Origin: Eledone cirrhosa
Taxonomy: Eukaryota
Direction: 5' to 3'
NCBI GenBank assembly: GCA_964016885.1
Contig: OZ024743.1
Location: 176,142,001 to 176,206,000 of the forward strand
DNA: 64,000 bases
In this document: positions 1 to 15,000 of the stretch, piece by piece
Layout of the letters: each line of letters starts with the position of its first letter
How positions within the stretch are numbered: the stretch's first letter is position 1
Notes under the pieces: model-generated
What the model was told of the DNA's origin: nothing
Database searches by the model: none
What the model saw: the letters and a program-made list of their open reading frames with translations, nothing else
Position numbers and translations under genes: made by a program

Positions 1-3000
1 GCTCGACAATGAGAGGCTCAACAATGAGAGGCTCGACAATGAGACGCTCGACAATGAGACGCTCGACAATGAGAGGCTCGACAATGAGACGCTCGACAAT
101 GAGAGGCTCGACAATGAGAGCCTCGACAATGAGACGCTCGACAATGAGAGGCTCGACAATGAGAGGCTCGACAATGAGACGCTCGACAATGAGACGCTCG
201 ACAATGAGACGCTCGACAATGAGAGGCTCGACAATGAGAGGCTCGACAATGAGACGCTCGACAATGAGACGCTCGACAATGAGACGCTCGACAATGAGAG
301 GCTCGACAATGAGAGGCTCGACAATGAGAAGCTCGACAACGAGAGGCTCGACAATGAGACGCTCGAAAATGCGACGCTCGACAATGAGACGCTTGACAAT
401 GAGACGCTCGACAATGAGAGGCTCGACAATGAGACGCTCGACAATGAGAGGCTCGACAATGAGAGGCTAGACAATGAGACGCTCGACAATGAGACGCCCG
501 ACAATGAGAGGCTCGACAATGAGACGCTCGACAATAATAGGCTCGACAATGAGAGGCTCGACAATGAGACGCTCGACAATGAGAGGCTCGACAATGAGAC
601 GCTCGACAATGAGAGGCTCGACAATGAGAGGCTCGACAATGAGAGGCTCGACAAGGAGAGGCTCGACAATGAGAGGCTCGACAATGAGAGGCTCGACAAT
701 GAGAGGCTCGACAATGACAGGCACGACAATGAGAGGCTCGACAATGAGAGGCTCGACAATGAGAGGCTCGACAATGAGATGCTCGACAATGAGAGGCTCG
801 ACAATGAGACGCTCGACAATGAGACGCTCGACATTGAGAGGCTCGACAATGAGAGGCTCGACAATGAGATGCTCGACAATGAGAAACTCGACAATGAGAC
901 GCTCGACAATGAGAGGCTCGACAATGAGAGGCTCGACAATGAGACGCTCGACAATGAGAGGCTCGACAATGAGACGCTCGACAATGAGAGGCTCGACAAT
1001 GAGAGGCTCGACAATGAGACGCTCGACAATGAGACGCTCGACAATGAGACGCTCGACAATGAGAGGCTCGGCAATGAGACGCTCGACAATGAGAGGCTCG
1101 ACAATGAGAGGCTCGACAATGAGACGCTTGACAATGAGACGCTCGACAATGAGAGGCTCGGCAATGAGACGCTCGACAATGAGAGGCTCAACAATGAGAG
1201 TCTCGATAATGAGAGGCTCGACAATGAGACGCTCGACAATGAGAGGCTCGACAATGAGACGCTCGACAATGAGAGGCTCGACAATGAGAGGCTCGACAAT
1301 GAGACGCTCGACAATGAGAGGCTCAAACAATGAGACGCTCGACAATGAGACGCTCGACAATGAGAGGCTCGACAATGAGAGGCTCGACAATGAGAGGCTC
1401 GACAATGAGAGGCTCGACATTGAGAGGCTCGAAAATGCGAGAATCGACAATGAGAGGCTCGACAATGTGACGCTCGACAATGAGAGGCTCGACAATGAGA
1501 GGCTCGACAATGAGACGCTCGACAATGAGAGGCTCGACAATGAGACGCTCGACAAAGAGACGCTCGACAATGAGAGGCTCGACAATGAGAGGCTCGACAA
1601 TGAGAGGCTCGACAATGAGAGGCTCGACAATGAGACGCTCGACAATGAGACGCTCGTCAAAGAGACGCTCGACAATGAGAGGCTCGACAATGAGAGGCTC
1701 GACAATGAGAGGCTCGACAATGAGAGGCTCGACAATGAGACGCTCGACAATGAGAGGCTCGACAATGAGAGGCTCAACAATGAGAGGCTCGACAATGAGA
1801 CGCTCGACAATGAGACGCTCGACAATGAGAGGCTCGACAATGAGACGCTCGACAATGAGAGGCTCGACAATGAGAGCCTCGACAATGAGACGCTCGACAA
1901 TGAGAGGCTCGACAATGAGAGGCTCAACAATGAGAGGCTCGACAATGAGAGGCTCGACAATGAGACGCTCGACAATGAGACGCTCGACAATGAGACGCTC
2001 GACAATGAGAGGCTCGACAATGAGAGGCTCGACAATGAGACGCTCGACAATGAGACGCTCGACAATGAGACGCTCGACAATGAGAGGCTCGACAATGAGA
2101 GGCTCGACAATGAGAAGCTCGACAACGAGAGGCTCGACAATGAGACGCTCGAAAATGCGACGCTCGACAATGAGACGCTTGACAATGAGACGCTCGACAA
2201 TGAGAGGCTCGACAATGAGACGCTCGACAATGAGAGGCTCGACAATGAGAGGCTAGACAATGAGACGCTCGACAATGAGACGCTCGACAATGAGAGGCTC
2301 GACAATGAGACGCTCGACAATAATAGGCTCGACAATGAGAGGCTCGACAATGAGACGCTCGACAATGAGAGGCTCGACAATGAGACGCTCGACAATGAGA
2401 GGCTCGACAATGAGAGGCTCGACAATGAGAGGCTCGACAAGGAGATGCTCGACAATGAGAGGCTCGACAATGAGAGGCTCGACAATGAGAGGCTCGACAA
2501 TGAGAGGCTCGACAATGAGAGGCTCGACAATGAGAGGCTCGACAATGAGAGGCTCGACAATGAGACGCTCGACAATGAGACGCTCGACATTGAGAGGCTC
2601 GACAATGAGAGGCTCGACAATGAGATGCTCGACAATGAGAAACTCGACAATGAGACGCTCGACAATGAGAGGCTCGACAATGAGAGGCTCGACAATGAGA
2701 GGCTCGACAATGAGAGGCTCGACAATGAGACGCTTGACAATGAGACGCTCGACAATGAGAGGCTCGGCAATGAGACGCTCGACAATGAGAGGCTCAACAA
2801 TGAGAGTCTCGATAATGAGAGGCTCGACAATGAGACGCTCGACAATGAGAGGCTCGACAATGAGACGCTCGACAATGAGAGGCTCGACAATGAGAGGCTC
2901 GACAATGAGACGCTCGACAATGAGAGGCTCAAACAATGAGACGCTCGACAATGAGACGCTCGACAATGAGAGGCTCGACAATGAGAGGCTCGACAATGAG

Positions 3001-6000
3001 AGGCTCGACAATGAGAGGCTCGACATTGAGAGGCTCGAAAATGCGAGAATCGACAATGAGAGGCTCGACAATGTGACGCTCGACAATGAGAGGCTCGACA
3101 ATGAGAGGCTCGACAATGAGAGGCTCGACAATGAGACGCTCGACAATGAGAGGCTCGACAATGAGACGCTCGACAAAGAGACGCTCGACAATGAGAGGCT
3201 CGACAATGAGAGGCTCGACAATGAGAGGCTCGACAATGAGAGGCTCGACAATGAGACGCTCGACAATGAGACGCTCGTCAAAGAGACGCTCGACAATGAG
3301 AGGCTCGACAATGAGAGGCTCGACAATGAGAGGCTCGACAATGAGAGGCTCGACAATGAGACGCTCGACAATGAGAGGCTCGACAATGAGAGGCTCAACA
3401 ATGAGAGGCTCGACAATGAGACGCTCGACAATGAGACGCTCGACAATGAGAGGCTCGACAATGAGACGCTCGACAATGAGAGGCTCGACAATGAGAGCCT
3501 CGACAATGAGACGCTCGACAATGAGAGGCTCGACAATGAGAGGCTCAACAATGAGAGGCTCGACAATGAGAGGCTCGACAATGAGACGCTCGACAATGAG
3601 ACGCTCGACAATGAGACGCTCGACAATGAGAGGCTCGACAATGAGAGGCTCGACAATGAGACGCTCGACAATGAGACGCTCGACAATGAGACGCTCGACA
3701 ATGAGAGGCTCGACAATGAGAGGCTCGACAATGAGAAGCTCGACAACGAGAGGCTCGACAATGAGACGCTCGAAAATGCGACGCTCGACAATGAGACGCT
3801 TGACAATGAGACGCTCGACAATGAGAGGCTCGACAATGAGACGCTCGACAATGAGAGGCTCGACAATGAGAGGCTAGACAATGAGACGCTCGACAATGAG
3901 ACGCTCGACAATGAGAGGCTCGACAATGAGACGCTCGACAATAATAGGCTCGACAATGAGAGGCTCGACAATGAGACGCTCGACAATGAGAGGCTCGACA
4001 ATGAGACGCTCGACAATGAGAGGCTCGACAATGAGAGGCTCGACAATGAGAGGCTCGACAAGGAGATGCTCGACAATGAGAGGCTCGACAATGAGAGGCT
4101 CGACAATGAGAGGCTCGACAATGAGAGGCTCGACAATGAGAGGCTCGACAATGAGAGGCTCGACAATGAGAGGCTCGACAATGAGACGCTCGACAATGAG
4201 ACGCTCGACATTGAGAGGCTCGACAATGAGAGGCTCGACAATGAGATGCTCGACAATGAGAAACTCGACAATGAGACGCTCGACAATGAGAGGCTCGACA
4301 ATGAGAGGCTCGACAATGAGACGCTCGACAATGAGAGGCTCGACAATGAGACGCTCGACAATGAGAGGCTCGACAATGAGAGGCTCGACAATGAGACGCT
4401 CGACAATGAGACGCTCGACAATGAGACGCTCGACAATGAGAGGCTCGACAATGAGACGCTCGACAATGAGAGGCTCGACAATGAGAGGCTCGACAATGAG
4501 AGGCTCGACAATGAGACGCTTGACAATGAGACGCTCGACAATGAGAGGCTCGACAATGAGACGCTCGACAATGAGAGGCTCGACAATGAGAGGCTCGACA
4601 ATGAGAGGCTCGACAATGAGAGGCTCGACAATGAGAGGCTCGACAATGAGACGCTCGACAATGAGACGTCCGACAATGAGACACTCGACAATGAGAGGCT
4701 CGACAATGATAGGCTCGACAATGAGAGGCTCGACAATGAGACGCTCGACAATGAGACGGTCGACAATGAGAGGCTCGACAATGAGAGGCTCGACAATGAG
4801 AGGCTCGACAATTAGAGACTCGACAATGAGAGGCTCGACAATGAGAGGCTCGACAATGAGAGGCTCGACAATGAGACGCTCGACAATGAGACGCTCGACA
4901 ATGAGAGGCTCGACAATGAGAGGCTCGACAATGAGACGCTCGACAATGAGAAGCTCGACAATGAGAGGCTCGACAATGAGAGGCTCGACAATGAGACGCT
5001 CGACAATGAGACGCTCGACAATGAGACGCTCGACAATGAGGCTCGACCATAAGAGGCTCGACAATGAGAGGCTCGACAATGAGAGGCTCGACAATGAGAG
5101 GCTCGACAATGAGAGGCTCGACAATGAGTGGCTCGACAATGAGACGCTCGACAATGAGAGGCTCGACAATGAGACGCTCGACAATGAGACGCTCGACAAT
5201 GAGAGGCTCGACAATGAGTGGCTCGACAATGAGACGCTCGACAATGAGAGGCTCGATAATGAGACGCTCGACAAGGAGACTCTCGGCAAAGAGAGGCTCG
5301 ACAATGAGAGGCTCGACAATGAGAGTCTCGACAATGAGAGGCTCGACAATGAGAGGCTCGACAATGAGAGACTCGACAATGAGACGCTCGACAATGAGAG
5401 GCTCGACAATGAGAGGCTCGACAATGAGACGCTCGACAATGAGACGCTCAACAATGAGAGGCTCGACAATGAGAGGCTCGACAATGAGACGCTCGACAAT
5501 GAGACGCTCGACAATGAGACGCTCGACAATGAGAGGCTCGACAATGAGAGGCTCGACAATGAGAGGCTCGACAATGAGACGCTCGACAATGAGACGTTCG
5601 ACAATGAGACACTCGACAATGAGAGGCTCGACAATGATAGGCTCGACAATGAGACGCTCGACAATGAGACGCTCGACAATGAGACGGTCGACAATGAGAG
5701 GCTCGACAATGAGAGGCTCGACAATGAGAGGCTCGACAATTAGAGACTCGACAATGAGAGGCTCGACAATGAGAGGCTCGACAATGAGAGGCTTGACAAT
5801 GAGACGCTCAACAATGAGACGCTCGACAATGAGAGGCTCGACAATGAGAGGCTCGACAATGAGACGCTCGACAATGAGAGGCTCGACAATGAGAGGCTCG
5901 ACAATGAGAGGCTCGACAATGAGACGCTCGACAATGAGACGCTCGACAATGAGACGCTCGACAATGAGGCTCGACCATAAGAGGCTCGACAATGAGAGGC

Positions 6001-9000
6001 TCGACAATGAGAGGCTCGACAATGAGAGGCTCGACAATGAGAGGCTCGACAATGAGTGGCTCGACAATGAGACGCTCGACAATGAGAGGCTCGACAATGA
6101 GACGCTCGACAATGAGACTCTCGGCAAAGAGAGGCTCGACAATGAGAGGCTCGACAATGAGAGGCTCGACAATGAGAGGCTCGACAATGAGAGGCTCGAC
6201 AATGAGAGGCTCGACAATGAGAGACTCGACAATGAGACGCTCGACAATGAGAGGCTCGACAATGAGAGGCTCGACAATGAGACGCTCGACAATGAGAGGC
6301 TCGACAATGAGTGGCTCGACAATGAGACGCTCGACAATGAGAGGCTCGACAATGAGACGCTCGACAATGAGACTCTCGGCAAAGAGAGGCTCGACAATGA
6401 GAGGCTCGACAATGAGAGGCTCGACAATGAGAGGCTCGACAATGAGAGGCTCGACAATGAGAGACTCGACAATGAGACGCTCGACAATGAGAGGCTCGAC
6501 AATGAGAGGCTCGACAATGAGACGCTCGACAATGAGACGCTCGACAATGAGACGCTCGACAATGAGAGGCTCGACAATGAGAGGCTCGACAATGTGACGC
6601 TCGACAATAATAGGCTCGACAATAAGACGCTCGACAATGAGAGGCTCGACAATGAGACGCTCGACAATGAGACGCTCGACAATGAGAGGCTCGACAATGA
6701 GACGCTCGACAATGAGACGCTCGACAATGAGAGGCTCGACAATGAGACGCTCGACAATGAGACGCTCGACAATGAGAGGCTCGACAATGAGACGCTCGAC
6801 AATGAGACGCTCGACAATGAGACACTCGACAATGAGACGCTCGACAATGAGAGGCTCGACAATGAGAGGCTCGACAATGAGAGGCTCAACAATGAGAGGC
6901 TCGACAATGAGACGCTCGACAATGAGACGCTCGACAATGAGAGGCTCGCCAATGAGAGGCTCGACATGAGAGGCTCGACAATGAGAGGCTCGACAATGAG
7001 AGGCTCGACAATGAGAAAATCGACAATGAGAGGCTCGACAATGAGACGTTCGACAATAAGATGCTCGACAATGAGAGGCTCGACGATGAGACGCTCGACA
7101 ATGAGAGGCTCGACAATGAGAGGCTCGACAATGAGACGCTCGACAATGAGAGGCTCGACAATGAGAGGCTCGACAATGAGAGGCTCGACAATGAGAGGCT
7201 CGACAGTGAGAGGCTCGACAATGAGACGCTCGACAATGAGAGGCTCGACAATGAGACGCTCGACAATGAGAGGCTCGACAATGAGAGGCTCAACAATGAG
7301 AGTCTCGATAATGAGAGGCTCGACAATGAGACGCTCGACAATGAGAGGCTCGACAATGAGACGCTCGACAATGAGAGGCTCGACAATGAGAGGCTCGACA
7401 ATGAGAGGCTCGACAATGAGAGGCTCAAACAATGAGACGCTCGACAATGAGACGCTCGACAATGAGAGGCTCGACAATGAGAGGCTCGACAATGAGAGGC
7501 TCGACAATGAGAGGCTCGACATTGAGAGGCTCGAAAATGCGAGAATCGACAATGAGAGGCTCGACAATGTGACGCTCGACAATGAGAGGCTCGACAATGA
7601 GAGGCTCGACAATGAGACGCTCGACAATGAGAGGCTCGACAATGAGACGCTCGACAATGAGAGGCTCGACAATGAGAGGCTCGACAATGAGAGGCTCGAC
7701 AATGAGACGCTCGACAATGAGACGCTCGACAAAGAGACGCTCGACAATGAGAGTCTCGACAATGAGAGGCTCGACAATGAGAGGCTCGACAATGAGAGGC
7801 TCGACAATGAGACGCTCGACAATGAGAGGCTCGACAATGAGAGGCTCAACAATGAGAGGCTCGACAATGAGACGCTCGACAATGAGACGCTCGACAATGA
7901 GAGGCTCGACAATGAGAGACTCGACAATGAGACGCTCGAAAATGAGAGGCTCGACAATGAGAGGCTCGACAATGAGACGCTCGACAATGAGACGCTCGAC
8001 AATGAGACGCTCGACAATGAGAGGCTCGACAATGAGAGGCTCGACAATGTGACGCTCGACAATAATAGGCTCGACAATAAGACGCTCGACAATGAGAGGC
8101 TCGACAATGAGACGCTCGACAATGAGACGCTCGACAATGAGAGGCTCGACAATGAGACGCTCGACAATGAGAGGCTCGACAATGAGAGGCTCGACAATGA
8201 GACGCTCGACAATGAGAGGCTCGACAATGAGACGCTCGACAATGAGACGCTCGACAATGAGACACTCGACAATGAGAGGCTCGACAATGAGACGCTCGAC
8301 AATGAGACGCTCGAAAATGAGAGGCTCGACAATGAGAGGCTCGACAATGAGAGACTCGACAATGAGACGCTCGACAATGAGAGGCTCGACAATGAGACGC
8401 TCGACAATGAGAGGCTCGACAATGAGACGCTCGACAATGAGAGGCTCGCTAATGAGACGGTCGACAATGAGAGGCTCGACAATGAGAGGCTCGACAATGA
8501 GACGCTCGACAATGAGTCGCTCGACAATGAGAGGCTCGACAATGGGACGCTCGACAATGAGAGGCTCGACAATGAGACGCTCGACAATGAGAGGCTCGAC
8601 AATGAGACGCTCGACTATGAGAGGCTCGACAATGAGAGGCTCGACAATGAGACGTTCGACAATGAGACGCTCGACAATGAGAGGCTCGACAATGAGACGC
8701 TCGACAATGAGAGGCTCGACAATGAGAGGCTCGACAATGAGACGCTCGACAATTAGAGGATCGACAATGAGACGCTCGACAATGAGACGCTCGACAATGA
8801 GAAGCTCGACAATGAGAGGCTCGACAATGAGACGCTCGACAATGAGACGCTCGACAATGAGACGCTCGACAATGAGAGGCTCGACAATGAGAGGCTCGAC
8901 AATGAGAGACTCGAAAATGAGACGCTCGACAATGAGAGGCTCGATAATGAGAGGCTCGACAATGAGAGGCTCGACAATGAGAGGCTCGACAATGAGAGGC

Positions 9001-12000
9001 TCGACAATGAGACGCTCGACAATGAGACGCTCGACAATGAGACGCTCGACAATGAGACGCTCGACAATGAGAGGCTCGACAATGAGACGCTCGACAATGA
9101 GACGCTCGACAATGAGACGCTCGACAATGAGAGGCTCGACAATGAGACGCTCGACAATGAGAGGCTCGAAAATGAGAGGCTCGACAATGAGAGGCTCGAC
9201 AATGAGAGACTCGACAATGAGACGCTCGACAATGAGAGGCTCGACAATGAGACGCTCGACAATGAGAGGCTCGACAATGAGACGCTCGACTATGAGAGGC
9301 TCGACAATGAGAGGCTCGACAATGAGAGGCTCGACAATGAGAGGCTCGACAATGAGTCGCTCGACAATGAGTCGCTCGACAATGAGAGGCTCGACAATGG
9401 GACGCTCGACAATGAGAGGCTCGACAATGAGACGCTCGACAATGAGAGGCTCGACAATGAGACGCTCGACTATGAGAGGCTCGACAATGAGAGGCTCGAC
9501 AATGAGACGCTCGACAATGAGATGCTCGACAATGAGAGGCTCGACAATGAGAGGCTCGACAATGAGACCCTCGACAATGAGACGCTTGAAAATGAGACGC
9601 TCGACAATGAGAGGCTCGACAATGAGAGGCTCGACAATAAGACGCTCGACAATGAGAGGCTCGACAATGAGACGTTCGGCAATGAGAGGCTCGACAATGA
9701 GACGCTCGACAATGAGAGGCTCGACAATGAGTGGCTCGACAATGAGACGCTCGACAATGAGAGGCTCGACAATGAGACGCTCGACAATGAGACGCTCGAC
9801 AATGAGAGGCTCGACAATGAGACGCTCGACAAAGAGACGCTCGACAATGAGACGCTCCACAATGAGACGCTCGACAATGAGACGCTCGACAATGAGAGGC
9901 TCGACAATGAGACGCTCGACAATTAGAGGCTCGACAATGAGAGGCTCGACAATGAGACGCTCGACAATGAGACGCTCGACAATGAGAGGCTCGATAATGA
10001 GAGGCTCGACAATGAGAGACTCGACAATGAGACGCTCGACAATGTGATGCTCGACAATGAGACGCTCGACAATGAGACGCTCGACAATGAGAGGCTCGAC
10101 AATGAGAGGCTCGACAATGAGACGCTCGACAATGAGACGCTCGACAATGAGACGCTCGACAATGAGAGGCTCGACAATGAGAGGTTCGACAATGAGACGC
10201 TCGACAATGAGACGCTCGACAATTAGACGCTCGACAATGAGACACTCGACAATGAGACGCTCGACAATGAGACGCTCGACAATGAGACGCTCGACAATGA
10301 GACGCTCGACAATGAGACGCTCGACAATGAGAGGCTCGACAATGAGACGCTCGACAATGAGACGCTCGACAATGAGAGGCTCGACAATGAGAGGCTCGAC
10401 AATGAAAGGCTCGACAATGAAAGGCTCGACAATGAGAGGCTCGACAATGAGAGGCTCGACAATGAGAGGCTCGACAATGAGACGTTCGACAATGATACGC
10501 TCGACAATGAGACGCTCGACAATGAGAGGCTCGACAATGAGACGCTCGACAATGAGAGGCTCGCTAATGAGACGGTCGACAATGAGAGGCTCGACAATGA
10601 GAGACTCGACAATGAGACGCTCGACAATGAGACGCTCGACAAAGAGAGGCTCGACGATGAGACGCTTGACAATGAGAGGCTCGACAATGAGAGGCTCGAC
10701 AATGAGAGACTCGACAATGAGAGGCTCGACAATGAGAGGCTCGACAATGAGACGCTCGACAATGAGACGCTCGACAATGAGACGCTCGACAATGAGAAGC
10801 TCGACAATGAGAGGCTCGACAATGAGAGGCTCGACAATGAGAGGCTCGACAATGAGAGGCTCGACAATGAGACGCTCGACAATGAGAGGCTCGACAATGA
10901 GAGGCTCGACAATGAGATGCTCGACAATGAGAGGCTCGACAATGAGTGGCTCGACAATGAGACGCTCGACAATGAGACGCTCGACAATGAGAGGCTCGAC
11001 AATGAGAGGCTCGACAATGAGACGCTCGACAATGAGAGTCTCGACAATGAGAGGCTCGACAATGAGACGCTCGACAATAAGACGCTCGACAATGAGAGGC
11101 TCGACAATGAGAGGCTCGACAATGGGAGGGTCGACAATGAGAGGCTCGACAATGAGAGGCTCGACAATGAGACGCTCGACAATGAAACGCTCGACAATGA
11201 GAGGCTCGACAATGAGACGCTCGACAATGGGGCGCTCGACAATGAGAGGCTCGACAATGAGACGCTCGACAATGAGACGCTCAACAATGAGACGCTCGAC
11301 AATGAGACGCTCGACAATGAGAGGCTCGACAATGAGACGCTCGACAATGAGAGGCTCGACAATGAGAGGCTCGACAATGAGACGCTCGACAATGAGACGC
11401 TCGACAATGAGAGGCTCGACAATGAGACGCTCGACAATGAGAGGCTCGACAATGAGAGGCTCGACAATGAGACGCTCGACAATGAGAGGCTCGACAATGA
11501 GAGGCTCGACAATGAGAGGCTCGACAATGAGAGGCTCGACAATGAGAGGCTCGACAATGAGGGGCTCGACAATGAGAGGCTCGACAATGAGACGCTCGAC
11601 AATGAGAGGCTCGACAATGAGAGGCTCGACAATGAGACGCTCAACAATGCGAGGCTCGACAATGAGAGGCTCGACAATGAGAGGCTCGACAATGAGAGGC
11701 TCGACAATGAGAGGCTCGACAATGAGACGCTCGACAATGAGAGGCTCGACAATGAGACACTCGACAATGAGAGGCTCGACAATGAGATGCTCGACAATGA
11801 GAGGCTCGACAATGAGAGGCTCGACAATGAGACGCTCGACAATGAGAGGCTCGACAATGAGAGGCTCGACAATGAGACGCTCTACATTGAGAGGCTCGAC
11901 AATGAGACGCTCGACAATGAGAGGCTCGACAATGAGGGGCTCGACAATGAGAGGCTCGAAAATGAGACGCTCGACAATGAGAGGCTCGACGATGAGACGC

Positions 12001-15000
12001 TCGACAATGAGAGGCTCGACAATGAGGGGCTCGACAATGAGAGGCTCGAAAATGAGACGCTCGACAATGAGAGGCTCGACGATGAGAGGCTCGACAATGA
12101 GACGCTCGACAATGAGAGGCTCGACAATGAGACGTTCGACAATGAGACGCTCGACAATGAGAGGCTCGACAATGAGACGCTCGACAATGAGAGGCTCGAC
12201 AATGAGAGGCTCGACAATGAGACGTTCGACAATGAGACGCTCGACAATGAGAGGCTCGACAATGAGACGCTCGACAATGAGAGGCTCGACAATGAGAGGC
12301 TCGACAATGAGACGCTCGACAATTAGAGGCTCGACAATGAGAGGCTCTACAATGAGACGCTCGGCAATGAGAGGCTCGACAATGAGAGGCTCGACAATGA
12401 GAGACTCGAAAATGAGACGCTCGACAATGAGAGGGTCGATAATGAGAGGCTCGAAAATGAGAGGCTCGACAATGAGAGGCTCGACAATGAGACGCTCGAC
12501 AATGAGACGCTCGACAATGAGACGCTCGACAATGAGACGCTCGACAATGAGAGGCTCGACAATGAGACGCTCGACAATGAGAAGCTCGACAATGAGACGC
12601 TCGACAATGAGAGGCTCGACAATGAGACGCTCGACAATGAGAGGCTCGAAAATGAGAGGCTCGACAATGAGAGGCTCGACAATGAGAGACTCGACAATGA
12701 GACGTTCGACAATGAGAGGCTCGACAATGAGACGCTCGACAATGAGAGGCTCGACAATGAGACGCTCGACAATGAGAGGCTCGCTAATGAGACGGTCGAC
12801 AATGAAAGGCTCGACAATGAGAGGCTCGACAATGAGACGCTCGACAATGAGTCGCTCGACAATGAGAGGCTCGACAATGGGACGCTAGACAATGAGAGGC
12901 TCGACAATGAGACGCTCGACAATGAGAGGCTCGACAATGAGACGCTCGACTATGAGAGGCTCGACAATGAGAGGCTCGACAATGAGACGCTCGACAATGA
13001 GACGCTCGACAATGAGTGGCTCGACAATGAGAGGCTCGACAATGAGACCTTCGACAATGAGACGCTTGAAAATGAGACGCTCGACAATGAGAGGCTCGAC
13101 AATGAGAGGCTCGACAATGAGACGCTCGACAATGAGAGGCTCGACAATGAGACGTTCGACAATGAGAGGCTCGACAATGAGACGCTCGACAATGAGAGGC
13201 GCGACAATGAGAGGCTCGACAATGAGACGCTCGACAATGAGAGGCTCGACAATGAGACGCTCGACAATGAGACGCTCGACAATGAGAGGCTTGACAATGA
13301 GACGCTCGACAAAGAGACGCTCGACAATGAGACGCTCCACAATGAGACGCTCGACAATGAGACGCTCGACAATGAGAGGCTCGACAATGAGACGCTCGAC
13401 AATTAGAGGCTCGACAATGAGAGGCTCGACAATGAGACGCTCGACAATGAGACGCTCGACAATGAGAGGCTCGATAATGAGAGGCTCGACAATGAGAGGC
13501 TCGACAATGAGAGGCTCGACAATGAGACGCTCGACAATGAGAGGCTCGACCATGAGACGCTCGACAATGAGACGCTCGACAATGAGAGGCTCGACAATGA
13601 GACGCTCGACAATGAGAGGCTCGACAATGAGAGGCTCGACAATGAGACGCTCGACAATGAGACGCTCGACAATGAGACGCTCGACAATGAGAGGCTCGAC
13701 AATGAGAGGCTCGACAATGAGACGCTCGACAATGAGACGCTCGACAATTAGACGCTCGACAATGAGACACTCGACAATGAGAGGCTCGACAATGAGACGC
13801 TCGACAATGAGAGGCTCGACAATGAGACGCTCGACTATGAGAGGCTCGACAATGAGAGGCTCGACAATGAGAGGCTCGACAATGAGAGGCTCGACAATGA
13901 GTCGCTCGACAATGAGTCGCTCGACAATGAGAGGCTCGACAATGGGACGCTCGACAATGAGAGGCTCGACAATGAGACGCTCGACAATGAGAGGCTCGAC
14001 AATGAGACGCTCGACTATGAGAGGCTCGACAATGAGAGGCTCGACAATGAGACGCTCGACAATGAGATGCTCGACAATGAGAGGCTCGACAATGAGAGGC
14101 TCGACAATGAGACCCTCGACAATGAGACGCTTGAAAATGAGACGCTCGACAATGAGAGGCTCGACAATGAGAGGCTCGACAATAAGACGCTCGACAATGA
14201 GAGGCTCGACAATGAGACGTTCGACAATGAGAGGCTCGACAATGAGACGCTCGACAATGAGAGGCTCGACAATGAGAGGCTCGACAATGAGAGGCTCGAC
14301 AATGAGTCGCTCGACAATGAGTCGCTCGACAATGAGAGGCTCGACAATGGGACGCTCGACAATGAGAGGCTCGACAATGAGACGCTCGACAATGAGAGGC
14401 TCGACAATGAGACGCTCGACTATGAGAGGCTCGACAATGAGATGCTCGACAATGAGAGGCTCGACAATGAGAGGCTCGACAATGAGACCCTCGACAATGA
14501 GACGCTTGAAAATGAGACGCTCGACAATGAGAGGCTCGACAATGAGAGGCTCGACAATAAGACGCTCGACAATGAGAGGCTCGACAATGAGACGTTCGAC
14601 AATGAGAGGCTCGACAATGAGACGCTCGACAATGAGAGGCTCGACAATGAGAGGCTCGACAATGAGACGCTCGACAATGAGAGGCTCGACAATGAGACGC
14701 TCGACAATGAGACGCTCGACAATGAGAGGCTCGACAATGAGACGCTCGACAAAGAGACGCTCGACAATGAGACGCTCCACAATGAGACGCTCGACAATGA
14801 GACGCTCGACAATGAGAGGCTCGACAATGAGACGCTCGACAATTAGAGGCTCGACAATGAGAGGCTCGACAATGAGACGCTCGACAATGAGACGCTCGAC
14901 AATGAGAGGCTCGATAATGAGAGGCTCGACAATGAGAGACTCGACAATGAGACGCTCGACAATGTGATGCTCGACAATGAGACGCTCGACAATGAGACGC